From positions 508,724-572,723 of the forward strand of contig NIVC01000406.1 in NCBI GenBank assembly GCA_002269645.1: DNA of 64,000 nt. Direction: 5' to 3'. Shown piece after piece: positions 25,582 to 37,485 of this stretch. The position numbers and the translations under genes were made by a program. Position 1 is the stretch's first letter; every line of letters begins with the position of its first letter. The DNA is from Macrostomum lignano (Eukaryota). The notes under the pieces were generated by a model. It searched no databases. It had not been told where the DNA came from and saw nothing but the letters and a program-made list of their open reading frames with translations.

Positions 25582-27237
25582 TAATTTTCTATCTTAGAAT
25601 TGCGCCAGAGTTTCACTATTCTAGAACATTCTGTAATTCTTTTTAGGGAATTATGCGGAGTTATTTACGTTTAGAGGTCAATCTGCCCGGACGGATTCTG
25701 ATTTACGATCACTCAGCCAACCTGAGTCCAGCTAGTCATCTCGGGCTCGTCAAATCAGAAAATTTGAGGAGAGTTATTATAAACTGGCTGTCATAAATCT
25801 ACGAGTATTTATAGCGGCCGCTCGGCTCGCCTCCCTCACAAAACGTTCTTCCTCCACGTACGTCCCCCGGATCAAAAACATCTGAGATCAGCGAGTACAG
25901 CAGTCGTCAAATACGAGCTAAGAGCAGCAGCAGCATCCATAAAATTATCCATGGCGACACCCCTGAGCATCAGTATCCTGTTTGGATATCTCAGTCACTG
26001 TGGACTTCCTGGTTACGGGCAGCTTGACCCTGATTGGTTGGGCGAGAGGCCTCCTTTGACTTGCTCTATTGGGTGCACATCTTGACTAACTCCTTTTCCG
26101 GTAGCTGGATTGGATTTGCACTTTTACTTATTTGTTTATATGGAGTTCAGTAGCTTTGGGACATTGACGCTATTTTTTGAGAATTTGATAGAACTTCTAA
26201 TGAATGAAATAAAAAGCTACTCAATCAAACTAAGAATGGTGCATTCACTGCAGAGACTACTCACAAAATTGAGTTCAGTAGTTGATTTTCGCGCTGTCGC
26301 GAATAGCAAAATTTTCGCAGTTTTTATGGCCACATAGGTAGTTAATGAGTGGCCCATCTTGTGTATATATGATCTTTGCTGTGACCTGAGAAAGCCAATT
26401 TCTGTTTCTCAATGCTGACCAAGATATCGAGTGGCTTATTCACTGAGGTGAAGGTCGCAGTGGACCAAAAGAAATTCAGTCCCTGGCCATTCAACCCATC
26501 AGTAAGTTAAATTCCGAAATCACTTCAATCCCGCTTGTTCCGCAGCAGGAATGAATCATTTATAATTAGCTTAGAGACCGAATTAGACTCTGAATATTGT
26601 ACTGCATCAGCGCTATCTGGCGACGAGCTGACTCGGTCCAGGCCAATTGCGTGCAGATCGATACACAAAGTATTTTCTGGGAATTCAATATTGTAATAGC
26701 ACACTCAGTGGTGTATGGAGACTCGCCAGAACAAAAACCCCGCTAAAAGTCCTACCTGCCCCTGCATGGCCAGTGCGATATAGCAGTATCCATGATATGC
26801 AGTAGTGTCCCTTATGTCGACTATGACTTCGAGATAGACAGCTAAAAGACAAATTAGCATTTGTTAAAGTCTCGAGTAATATGGATTTTTCTAGCGCGGG
26901 CTTTTCTTCACCGAATAGGTTAGGTCTACGGCCAACCCCTTTCAGCGCTTATATGCGTTCTCTAGAACAACACGCTCGTACTAAATGCGCTAGCGGTACG
27001 TTCTTTACCGGTCTCTCCTGTTCAGTTCTAAGAAAATTGATCGTATCTACTAGCGTCCTAAATCAGTTTAAAACCAAAACCATGCATTTGTCATCTGTTC
27101 TCTGTTCTGCATTCAGTAGTCCGTAGTCTGCATACAACTCGTGCATTACAATAAATAAATGAGGTATAGTTAGCACTACGGCGAGTTTGGCGATTTTTCA
27201 CGAGTTGGTTACACAAAAAACGGGTCAGAAGTGTGAT

Positions 27238-27778
27238 ATATTAGATAATAAAATTTTACTAGTTTTTATTTTTATAAATCCTGCAAAGATTTCTATGTGT
27301 TCGCGTGGTATTTGTTAGTGCAAACATGGCAAGCTATAGCTGCTTTCATAATTCGGTCAATTCCATTACAATAGCTTATAATCGTTCGTTCACGATCTAC
27401 GAGTAATACAATTTCATGATATTACATTTTGAATTCCCTACTCCAATTTATAAACTTAAGTTCTGTCTATGGGCGTTGGCTCTGACGCTGTCGTTCAGTC
27501 GCCTACGATTCCTCGTTAACTTGTAATGCATTTCCTTTTCGGTTTTAAGCAAACGTATGAATTTAACTTGATAAATTAATCTACTAAAGTACACGAATAC
27601 TGGCCATTTCACCAGCATATAACAGCTATTCTTTTTACGTAAGTAGAGCCTAACACGACATGTGACTTTACTAAAACCGCCATCTGCAAAACATGCTGTG
27701 AACAAGTCGTCAACTATACTCGCGCGTGCGTTCAACGTGAACGTGTGTAATATATTTAAAGACTTTAAATACCATGTG
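27238..27778. repeat. Degenerate direct repeat X (partner copy at 29699-30062)
   Basis: Shared blocks AAATCCTGC..GTGCAAACATG, ACACGACATGT..TAAAACCGCCATCTGCAAAACA and GAACGTGTGTA..TTTAAAT occur in the same order at both sites. Confidence 0.7.
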
Positions 27779-28055
27779 CCATCAAGCTGGCTGGCAGTCA
27801 TCGGCGCGCCGCGGCCGCTGCTCGATTGTTTCCGGCGGCTGTTGGCCTGTCTGGCTTCCGGCTGCGGCCTCTGCTTGGCCACCGCTGGGCCCGCCGACCC
27901 CGCCGCCTTGCCCTGCTGCCTGTTCGCCGCCATGGCTGGCGAAGCCAACTGGCCCACCGGTCGCCTGGAATTCCTACCGGGCATCGGCGCCATCCCGCAG
28001 CGGGTCAGCAGGCTGTGGGCGCCTGCGGCAGCGCTCTCGTCTTCCGCTCGGCCGC
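27779..28055 (+). pseudogene. Duplicated internal fragments of the ALDH16A1-like gene
   Basis: 27779-28033 is nearly identical to 14133-14383 and is joined to 28032-28052 (= 14863-14883). No start or end of the gene is present. Confidence 0.9.
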
Positions 28056-28282
28056 TGATTAATTCCTCAATATATTGCTTTCAAATCCACGCCAAACTAT
28101 GGAAACATTAGTTAATTACTTTCATGCTGATTTAATGTCCTTGTGTAATGCCATCCCGGTTCTACTCTGTTTTATATTTTTATTTACCAATAAATAACTC
28201 GTGGATCAAGCTTAGCAGCCGATGAAACCGGAATAAACAAATCCTTTGCTATGCGCCCCGCCATTCCAGCCCAGAAAATCTC

Positions 28283-29458
28283 ATGCCGTCACTGTCGCCG
28301 CTCCTGATGCCGCTTGCTGCCCTGCTGCTGCTGCTGGCATCCACCGGACCTCGGGCCGCCCACTCCGTGCCCGCAGCTGCCGGCGCCCCGTCAGCGAACA
28401 GCGAATCCGCCAGCATCGATGAGCTTCGCCGCCTCTTGGCGCCGCTGCGACCGCCGTCTGCCGTGGCGCCGCCGGCCGCTGCCCCAAGCGTGATGGCGAA
28501 GGTCGCCAGGACGTCAGACTCTCCATCTTCTCATGGCGAGCTCCGTCCGCCGACGCTGGACGACCTCCGGTCGGGCATCATCCGGGCGCTCGTCTCGGAC
28601 GCGGCCGCCGTCAGCCTGGACAAACCCGGCGTCTGGCCGGCTGTGCGCGACTTTGTCCGCCTGCTGAACTCGCACCTGTCCGCCAGGTCGCTTGAGCTCG
28701 GCCGCCTGCTCCGGCCGCTGGCCGCCTGGCTGCCTGAGGAGCCGCCGAGCCACGACCGCTGGCTGCGCGCCCTGGCCGACGCCGGCTTCCCGACGCGCCC
28801 GCCCGACGCCTGGGTCTCCTGCCGCGGCTCCAAGCCCTTCCTGCGTGGCTACCCGTGCAGCCTTTGGCAGCTGTTCCACACCCTCACGGCCGTGCGCTTC
28901 GCCACCGCCGGCGCCTCCGGCCCGCCTGTGATGCCCGTCATGCGCCGCTTCATCATCGCCTGCTTCTCCTGCCGCTACTGCGCCGAGAACTTCGACAAAG
29001 GCACCGCCGGCATGGAGGCGGAGATCGGCGCCCAGCCGGCGCCAGGCGTCGAGCTGCTGTACCTGTGGCGGAAGCACAACGCCGTCAATAAACTGCTGAG
29101 CGGCGAGTCCTCGGACGACCCCGCCTATCCGAAGGCCCGGTTCCCGTCCGCCGCGCTGTGCTCCGAATGCGCCGAGGGTGCCGCCTCCGCGGACGCGAAC
29201 GCCGCCGCATTCCTGCTTCGCTGGTACGGGCCGGGCGCCGGCTGGGCCAGCCATCCGGAATTCGGCTTCACTAAGCCGGCCATTGGCACCGTCGACATAA
29301 TGGGCTTCTTCCGGGTCGACCTGGTCATTGTGGCGCTCTGCTTTGCCTGTGCGCTTGACGCCCTGTTGGTCGTCTGGTGTCGCCTCAGCCATAGCGCCCG
29401 CCGGCTGTGCAGGCGAGACCTATCGCCGTTCCGGCGCTCGCCCATCCCCGTCTTCTGA
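28283..29458 (+). CDS. Intronless QSOX paralog lacking the thioredoxin domains (signal peptide + helix-rich/ERV-ALR domain + TM), 391 aa
   Basis: 28283-28387 = QSOX 16443-16547; 13-nt filler; 28401-29458 = QSOX 19105-20165. The ORF is unbroken and retains GYPCSLW, CRYC, CSEC and the TM helix. Confidence 0.85.
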   Translation: MPSLSPLLMPLAALLLLLASTGPRAAHSVPAAAGAPSANSESASIDELRRLLAPLRPPSAVAPPAAAPSVMAKVARTSDSPSSHGELRPPTLDDLRSGIIRALVSDAAAVSLDKPGVWPAVRDFVRLLNSHLSARSLELGRLLRPLAAWLPEEPPSHDRWLRALADAGFPTRPPDAWVSCRGSKPFLRGYPCSLWQLFHTLTAVRFATAGASGPPVMPVMRRFIIACFSCRYCAENFDKGTAGMEAEIGAQPAPGVELLYLWRKHNAVNKLLSGESSDDPAYPKARFPSAALCSECAEGAASADANAAAFLLRWYGPGAGWASHPEFGFTKPAIGTVDIMGFFRVDLVIVALCFACALDALLVVWCRLSHSARRLCRRDLSPFRRSPIPVF

Positions 29459-29698
29459 CTTATTTAATAAGGTAATGTGTACTTCTACTTGTCTTCACTG
29501 TGGTCTGTTGTTGCATTTTCAGCTGGAGTAATTGTTGTTTGAGTTCCAATTTCCAACTCTATTTGATACTTATGCTAATTGTACTTTAAAAAGAGAATTT
29601 CCACAAGCTTGGCAGAGATGTAAGACCGGGGCATCAGATTTGAAAATTTATCAATTAAAATTGTGAAAGTGTCTTAATTTCCTTAGCTTCTTATTATC

Positions 29699-30062
29699 AT
29701 TAGATGATAGAACTTTTCTAATTTCTGGCTTTTATTTAAAAAATCCTGCTACGTTATATATGTTTTGCGTGATATTTTTGGTGCAAACATGTATCCTGCT
29801 TGAATAAATAACGTTTAATTTCCTTAAAAATAGAGCTTTACCTTCATGATTTAATAAAAATGTATGTTTTTGAATGTAGTAATAGATATTTTCTATTCGA
29901 ATTTTTCCATTCTTCTATTTTACACAATCAGGTCATACACTACACGACATGTCTTTGTTAAAACCGCCATCTGCAAAACACGGTTTAAATTTTTGAGCTG
30001 TGAACATGGCCGGCATGAACGTGTGTAGTACTTATTATCATAGAATTTAAATGCTATGCGTA
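29699..30062. repeat. Degenerate direct repeat X' (partner of 27238-27778)
   Basis: Same ordered blocks as X, but shorter. Confidence 0.65.
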
Positions 30063-30683
30063 TGTAGTGAATTTTCCATTCTGGCCAGTAGTTTGTTTGT
30101 TTAAAAATCGAATAGCCTAAATTAGGACTGAGTAAAAATACAGTTACGTTACAGTAGGCCTATTGATCCAGGGGTTTGATCTGCATAGGCTTACCGACAA
30201 GTGACAATACCGAAGTTATAGGGCCTGCCTACCCTAGTCTAGATATTGAAACTTAATCGATACAAACAAAACTAGCTAGAATAAAATTGGGATAAGGATG
30301 ATATGCACTAAGTGAGTGCTATTTGGTCTATCTGTACTCTAATCATCTAATGCAATCAGCAGAATGCAGATAGCTGGTACAATCAATGATATAAAATCAG
30401 GCAGTCAGGTAGACCTACATAGTGCATGCAAGTACATTTTTAAATACTTGATAAAATTTTCTCATCTCATTCTGAATATTTTTGAAAAGATTTTATAATC
30501 TGTGATCATGCTCAGTACTATTATAAGCATACTAGGCCTATACTATGCCTAATATTATTTAATGCATAGGCCTAGCCACTATAAAATAAGATTTCTAATA
30601 TTTTAAATTTACTGATATTTTTTATGTTATGATTAATTTAATGTGCATATTTAATTTAAGATGGCCACAGCTTATAAGCATAG

Positions 30684-31470
30684 GGCTCATTCCATATAAG
30701 ACGGACATTTTTGGAAAATAGAAAAAAGTCAATATTTTTGCTTGCCATTGCCTTATCAGCCAATTTTTTTACCAAATGTTTTTTATGTGTAATATCTACA
30801 ATCTAAGAATAAATGAATGATAAAATGTTAGATTAGTATGCTATCAAGTGGCAAAAAGTCATTTTTGTAAAAATTTAGACATTTTTCTAAGCAAAAGACA
30901 TCATTAAGTTTGTGTACCTTTTAAAAACAAATAGAAAGCTTTGGAAGGTTGAAACAAACTATAGATAAAAGTATAGTACTTGCATCATCAGATAAAAGTA
31001 TTGGTGACCAAATAATCTATTATATTTTTAATATATTGGTACCTCAAAGTTACTGAATTGACAGAAAAAAATATGTTACGACCATAATGTTACGACCATA
31101 AGGCTGCCTTTTCTTTTGTATCTTTGTTGCCTTTTTGAGTTTATATATTCTACAAAAAGAGTATGATTACTAAAGATGTTCTTAGTCAAATTTTAAAAAA
31201 TGTATTGCAAAATATCAAAAATAAAAATGTTATAAGACTTTTACCTTTTAGTTTCTATATGTCAAAAATCCTGTTGTTACGACCATAAGTGCCATTCAAG
31301 GTTTAATAGCATCTATACTAATGATGATATCTACATGAAACTCTATAAAAATATTTTTGACAAAATTATCTTTCATTTAAAATATTGGTTTAGTATATTC
31401 TATTATTATATTTCATTTTATAAGTAAAAATAGCCTGTCATGTTACGACCATGCTTATATGGAATGAGCC
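30684..31470. mobile_element. Non-autonomous DNA transposon with perfect 17-bp TIRs and a 4-bp TSD
   Basis: GGCTCATTCCATATAAG (30684-30700) / CTTATATGGAATGAGCC (31454-31470), flanked by ATAG on both sides. Internal TGTTACGACCAT motif occurs 4 times. Confidence 0.8.
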
Positions 31471-32888
31471 ATAGTTCTAAATCAATTTGTGTAAAGAAAA
31501 GTAGATTTTAACTTCTTTAAATTAAATTAGGTCTAGCTATCTTAGTTCCTTTCCTAGGATCGTAGGATGCCATGCCTAAATCAAGAAGATAGCTTTAAAA
31601 ATTTTTTTACTAAAAATATAAAGCAAATTTAGTTTAGCCTTAGCTTAGGATAGAGCAAAGCAAGGCAAAGCAAGGTAAGACAATGTCAATCTCTGGCAAT
31701 GTAAAAGGCAAAGCAAGGTAAAAGCAATAGTTTGGATTGTATATTAGTGTATATGTATACTAGGTTTAATGCTGGAAAAAATGATGAGACCCTTGTGTAT
31801 ACGCTAGGCTTTTATGCCAATATAAAAAATTATCATTGGCACAATATTTCTATTAATTAGAAATGTAAATTTAGTAGGGCCTAATTAAGATTTAGTATAT
31901 TGTGACGACTTGCAATAAAATTTGTTAAACTATATCAATGATTTCTAGAATAACTATAAAATATAGTCAAATATGCTAAAAATAGTTAGTCAGTATCTAT
32001 CCATATAGGTAAGTAATTAATAAAAATGGCTTAACCAATTTTCTTCAAACTTATACTATTTGATAAAAAATTGGCTTAATAGAGAATTCATAGCAAATGT
32101 GTTTGTCTGTGAAATGTTTTGCTTGAAAAAGGTGATTTAAAAAAAACTGAAAAAAATAATTGGTTCTTAAGAAAATTGGTCTTTAATAGATTTGCATGAA
32201 TACTTTTTGTTCCTTGCTTATTGGCTACCCCAAAAGGGGCACTAGATTGTTAGATAGGAGGAAATTGAGGAATTGCTTAGATGTCAAGGCTTAAGTGGAA
32301 TTGCTGAGATGTCAAAGCAAATATGCATTAGTCATTCATAAGTGTATTTTAATACAAGCTGACTTATATCAATTTTTACTAAAATTTGCTTTTATGTACA
32401 ATAGAATTCCAAGAAAAATGCCAATTTATTGACTATGCTATAGTATCTATATATATGCATCTTGCATTGTTTTTTACTCTTTGCCATTGTAGGAATCATG
32501 CAAACATATCCCAACTTCCAATTGCAAACCCAAATTTATAAAAGATTATCTCTAATATGAGGTTTTTGCTTATTTTGTTTCTTTGCCTTCTTGACTAAAC
32601 TTGAATGTTTAGTATCTTTGCTACTAGGTATGTTTACAAAAATAACACAAATTTCTTGCAATTCTATGTCCGCCTATTTTTGATTTTCCAGGAACAGCTC
32701 ATTATTTGTGTTAATGCAGTGTTTTTTTAGTCATGCACAAAACTGCTGCCAAATTTGCAGCTGACATCTTGCATTCAGAGTAGTAGTAAAATATCTCATT
32801 TAGTTTCTTTCATAACTTTCAGCGCTTTTCTGCTTTTCGCTATTTATCCTACTGATAATAGTAGTATTATTACAATAAGGTTGAAACA

Positions 32889-33410
32889 ATGTCCGCCCAA
32901 GCCGAGCAGCGAAAGCAGAAGCAGGCGCAGCCAGCCGGCGCATCTGCGCAAGCCGAGGCCATGGAAGAGGAGGAGGCGTTCGGGCCGCTGCCGATCGGCA
33001 AGCTGGAGACTGCCGGCATCTCTGCCGCCGATGTGAAGAAGCTGGAGGAGGCTGGGCACCACACCGTGGAGAGCCTGCAGATGGTGCCGAAGAAAAACCT
33101 ACTGGCTATTAAAGGCATCTCAGAGGCCAAGGCAGATAAAATTATGGAAGTTGTTCACAAGATGTGCCCCATGGGCTTCACCACGGCTACTGAGTTTCAT
33201 CAGAAGCGGTGCGTATTCTACTACTCACCTTGTCTATTGTTGCCTAGTAGTATGATACTGTATTTTTCTGTATTTTGTATTTTTCTGTACTGTATTTTTC
33301 TTTGCTATTGCCCAGCAATGCGCTGATTAGAATAACAGAGACAGACACCCGAGTAAAACTGTCCCTAATATCATTTGCCTGTCTGTCTGCCTGTCTGTTT
33401 GTCTATGTGT

Positions 33411-33463
<53 letters not shown>

Positions 33464-33504
33464 GTGTCTGTCTGTCTGTCTGTCCGTCTGTCTGTCTTAG
33501 TGTA

Positions 33505-33575
<71 letters not shown>

Positions 33576-33673
33576 GTGTCTATGTGTCTGTCTGTCTGTC
33601 TGTCCGTGTGTCTGTCTGTCTGTCTGTCTGTCTGTCTTAGTGTCTGTCTGTCTGTCTGTCCGTCTGTCTTAGC

Positions 33674-33743
<70 letters not shown>

Positions 33744-34807
33744 GTGTTCGTGTCTGCAGCCTGTCTGTCAGGTGAGCGAACAGACTGGATTAACCGCCCT
33801 TAATTCCGCACTCCGTCCAGCTCGGAGATAATCCAGATCAGCACCGGGTCCAAGGAGCTAGACAAGCTGCTGCAGGGCGGCATCGAGACCGGCAGCATCA
33901 CCGAGCTGTTCGGGGAGTTTCGCACGGGCAAATCGCAGCTCTGCCACACCCTGGCCGTCACCTGCCAGCTGCCTGTGGACATGGGTGGCGGCGAAGGAAA
34001 GTGCCTGTACGTTGACACCGAGGGCACCTTCCGGCCGGAGCGCCTGCTGGCCGTGGCCGAGAGATTCGGCCTGAACGGAGCCGACGTGCTGGACAACGTG
34101 GCCTACGCCAGGGCGTACAGCTCCGACCACCAGATGCAGCTGCTGACGCAGGCGGCCGCCATGATGACCGAGTCGCGCTACGCCCTTCTTATTGTTGACT
34201 CGGCTACCGCGCTATTTCGAACCGATTTTAGCGGCCGAGGCGAGCTGTCCGAAAGGCAGCGGCATCTGGCCAAGTTTCTCAGGTTCCTGCTGCGGCTGGC
34301 CGACGAGTTTGGCGTGGCCGTGGTGGTCACGAACCAGGTTGGTGTGATGGGGTGGTGGTAGTGGTAGTGGTCACGAACCAGGTTGGTGTGATGGGGTGTT
34401 GGTGGTCACGAACCAGGTTGGTGTGATGGAGTGGTGGTGGTGGTGGTCACGAACCAGGTTGGTGTGATGGGGTGGTGGTGTTGGTGGTCACGAACCAGGT
34501 TGGTGTGATGGGGTATCTTATGTATCTTAAAATGGTATCTTACTTTCTAGCGAAGTCATTAATTTATTCCCCTCATTTCGCAATCGTGCAGGTTGTGGCC
34601 CAGGTGGACGGAGCCGCCATGTTCTCGGCCGATCCCAAGAAGCCGATTGGCGGCAACATCATGGCCCACGCCTCCACAACCAGGCTGTACCTGCGCAAGG
34701 GCCGCGGCGAGTCGCGAATCTGCAAGGTGTACGACTCGCCCTGCCTGCCCGAAGCCGAGGCCACCTTCGCCATTCTTGGTGAGGGCATCGGCGACGCCAA
34801 GGACTAA
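32889..34807 (+). CDS. RAD51: RAD51 recombinase; exons 32889-33208, 33821-34337, 34592-34807
   Basis: [24 protein letters not shown], Walker [49 protein letters not shown]. Splice phases 2 and 0 are consistent. Confidence 0.97.
33378..33770. repeat. (TCTG)n microsatellite in RAD51 intron 1
   Basis: Interrupted TCTG array. Confidence 0.95.
34318..34513 (+). repeat. Tandem repeat made of the RAD51 exon 2 end plus its 5' splice site
   Basis: GTGGTCACGAACCAG|GTTGGTGTGATGG occurs at least 4 times in tandem, the first copy being the true junction. Confidence 0.9.
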
Positions 34808-35074
34808 CGGGCTAATTCTCCTATGTTCGTTGCTTCCTGACTCAAGTTGATTGGCCTGTTTTTCCGCTTGCTTGTTCGCCACAGTTTTAACTTTTATTAT
34901 TTTGTTAATTAACTGTTGCTAGCGGAGGCTTAGAAAGATATTTTAAAAGAAGTTTCCAACCCAGTAACTCAAACTTTATCGACTCGACTCGATTCGAGGT
35001 TTTCCCGAGGTCTGCTCGAATCTTTTCAGTGGTTTTTGAGCGGTGCTTTAGGTCGTGGTGGTTTATGAGCCATT

Positions 35075-35500
35075 CTAGGGGTGGTTTTTGGGGTGATTCT
35101 AGGGGTGGTTTTTGGGTTGATTCTAGGGGTAGTTAATGGGGCGATTCTAGGGGTAGTTTTTGGGGATTCTATGGGTGGTTTCTTGGCGATTCTAGGGGTG
35201 GTTTATGGGCCATTCTTGGGGTGGTTTATGGGCCATTCTAGGGGTGGTTTTTGGGGTGATTCTAGGGGTAGTTAATGGGGCGATTCTAGGGGTAGTTTTT
35301 GGGGATTCTAGGGGTGGTTTATGTGGATTCTAGGGGTGCTCTTTGGGGCGATTTTCAGGGTGGTTCAAGGGACGATTCTAGGGGTGGTTTATGGGGCGAT
35401 TATTGGAATGGTTTATGGGGCGATTATTGGAATGGTTTATGGTGCGATTATTGGAATGGTTTATGGTGCGATTATTGGAATGGTTTATGGTGCGATTCAT
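35075..35500. repeat. ~24-bp G-rich degenerate minisatellite downstream of RAD51
   Basis: GATTCTAGGGGTGGTTTTTGGGGT units grading into GCGATTATTGGAATGGTTTATGGT. Confidence 0.85.
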
Positions 35501-35997
35501 AACTAGACTTGCCAAACAAAACTCGGTTGTGTCTCATTAAAAATTTGTTCCCCCTCATCTCTCTATATTGAATTTCCCTCCCCATTTAATTAGCCAATCA
35601 AAATGCTGCATTTGTATCAGTAGTATGTTAAGCTCTTTATTCTAGTTTGAAATTTGTTCTCTACAATTTTGGCCTGTTGCCGGCATTTTTATATACATTT
35701 ATATGCGTAACTATAGTATCATTGTTATAAGAAAGCATTTTGTTCCTTGCGTTCGCGTTCCTCGTACTTTATCCAGTTCTGCTGCGCTCGATTTTATTAA
35801 TTCATAATGTTACACCTGAAGAGAGCCTTAGCCTGTCTGCTCCTGGAGACTTTCTGGCTTTGCAATAGAATTCAACAACTGGCTCAAGTTAGTATAGCGC
35901 TTTTTAAAAAATAAATGTATTTTTCGTCAGAGCGGCCCATTAATGTCCCATTTGTTTTTTCGACAGTAGGATGCTGGAAATTGGATTTCTATAGGGA

Positions 35998-36000
<3 letters not shown>

Positions 36001-36028
<28 letters not shown>

Positions 36029-36103
36029 TTATCTGCCTGTCTGTCTGTCTGTCTGTCTGTCTCTCTGTCTGTCTGTCTGTCTGTCTGTCTGTATGTCTGT
36101 CTC

Positions 36104-36160
<57 letters not shown>

Positions 36161-36169
36161 TTATCTGCC

Positions 36170-36244
<75 letters not shown>

Positions 36245-36257
36245 ATGTCTGTCTCTC

Positions 36258-36320
<63 letters not shown>

Positions 36321-36353
36321 ATGTCTGTCTGTCCGTCAGTCAGTCTGTATTAG

Positions 36354-36416
<63 letters not shown>

Positions 36417-36449
36417 CTCTCTGTCTGTCTGTCTGTCTGTTTGTCTCTC

Positions 36450-36498
<49 letters not shown>

Positions 36499-36507
36499 TT
36501 ATCTGCC

Positions 36508-36584
<77 letters not shown>

Positions 36585-36593
36585 ATGTCTGTC

Positions 36594-36626
<33 letters not shown>

Positions 36627-36659
36627 ATGTCTGTCTGTCCGTCAGTCAGTCTGTATTAG

Positions 36660-36714
<55 letters not shown>

Positions 36715-36717
36715 CTC

Positions 36718-36792
<75 letters not shown>

Positions 36793-36801
36793 TTATCTGC
36801 C

Positions 36802-36878
<77 letters not shown>

Positions 36879-36891
36879 ATGTCTGTCTCTC

Positions 36892-36926
<35 letters not shown>

Positions 36927-36927
36927 G

Positions 36928-36958
<31 letters not shown>

Positions 36959-36988
36959 ATGTCTGTCCGTCAGTCAGTCTGTATTAGT

Positions 36989-37022
<34 letters not shown>

Positions 37023-37083
37023 CTGTCTGTCTGTCTCTCTCTCTCTGTCTGTCTGTCTGTCTGTCCGTCAGTCAGTCTGTCTC

Positions 37084-37120
<37 letters not shown>

Positions 37121-37175
37121 GTCTGTCTGTCTGTCTGTCTGTCTGTATGTCTGTCCGTCAGTCAGTCTGTATTAG

Positions 37176-37211
<36 letters not shown>

Positions 37212-37265
37212 AGTCTGTCTGTCTTGTGTCTGTCGGTCTGTCTGTCTGTCTGTCTGTCTGTCTAA
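36001..37265. repeat. ~1.26 kb compound (TCTG)n/(TC)n microsatellite upstream of HELLS
   Basis: Continuous TCTG array with recurring TCCGTCAGTCAGTCTGTATTAGTG interruptions (higher-order duplication). Confidence 0.95.
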
Positions 37266-37485
37266 ATCTGCCTTTCTGTCTGCTTGTCTTAATCTTTCTT
37301 AGTGTCAGATGGGCGGACAGACTGACGGACGCCCTTAGTTTCTTTTGTTTTAGTTCTGAGATCTGACAAAAGATTACCACTGGTTTCGGCGTGTAAACTG
37401 GCTGTATTAGTATTGTGTCAATAAGCAGTATTTTGCATTTGTTTTGCAAAAAATATCTAAATTTAATGCTTCAGCCAGATCTGTA

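Noticed and set aside
24700-27230. Short ORFs and GC-richer patches between the retroelement and the duplicate
   Set aside because: No recognisable protein or RNA motifs; probably decayed repeats, but I cannot support a call.
28283-29458. Processed (retro) pseudogene explanation for the intronless QSOX copy
   Set aside because: Junctions are not at splice sites, upstream intergenic DNA and ALDH16 fragments were co-duplicated, and there is no polyA tail.
27238-30062. LTR retrotransposon carrying captured genes (X and X' as LTRs)
   Set aside because: No TG..CA ends, PBS, PPT or TSD recognised; tandem duplication explains X and X' more simply.
35915-37366. 483-aa VCLS-repeat ORF (also 33275-33803)
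   Set aside because: (TCTG)n microsatellite.
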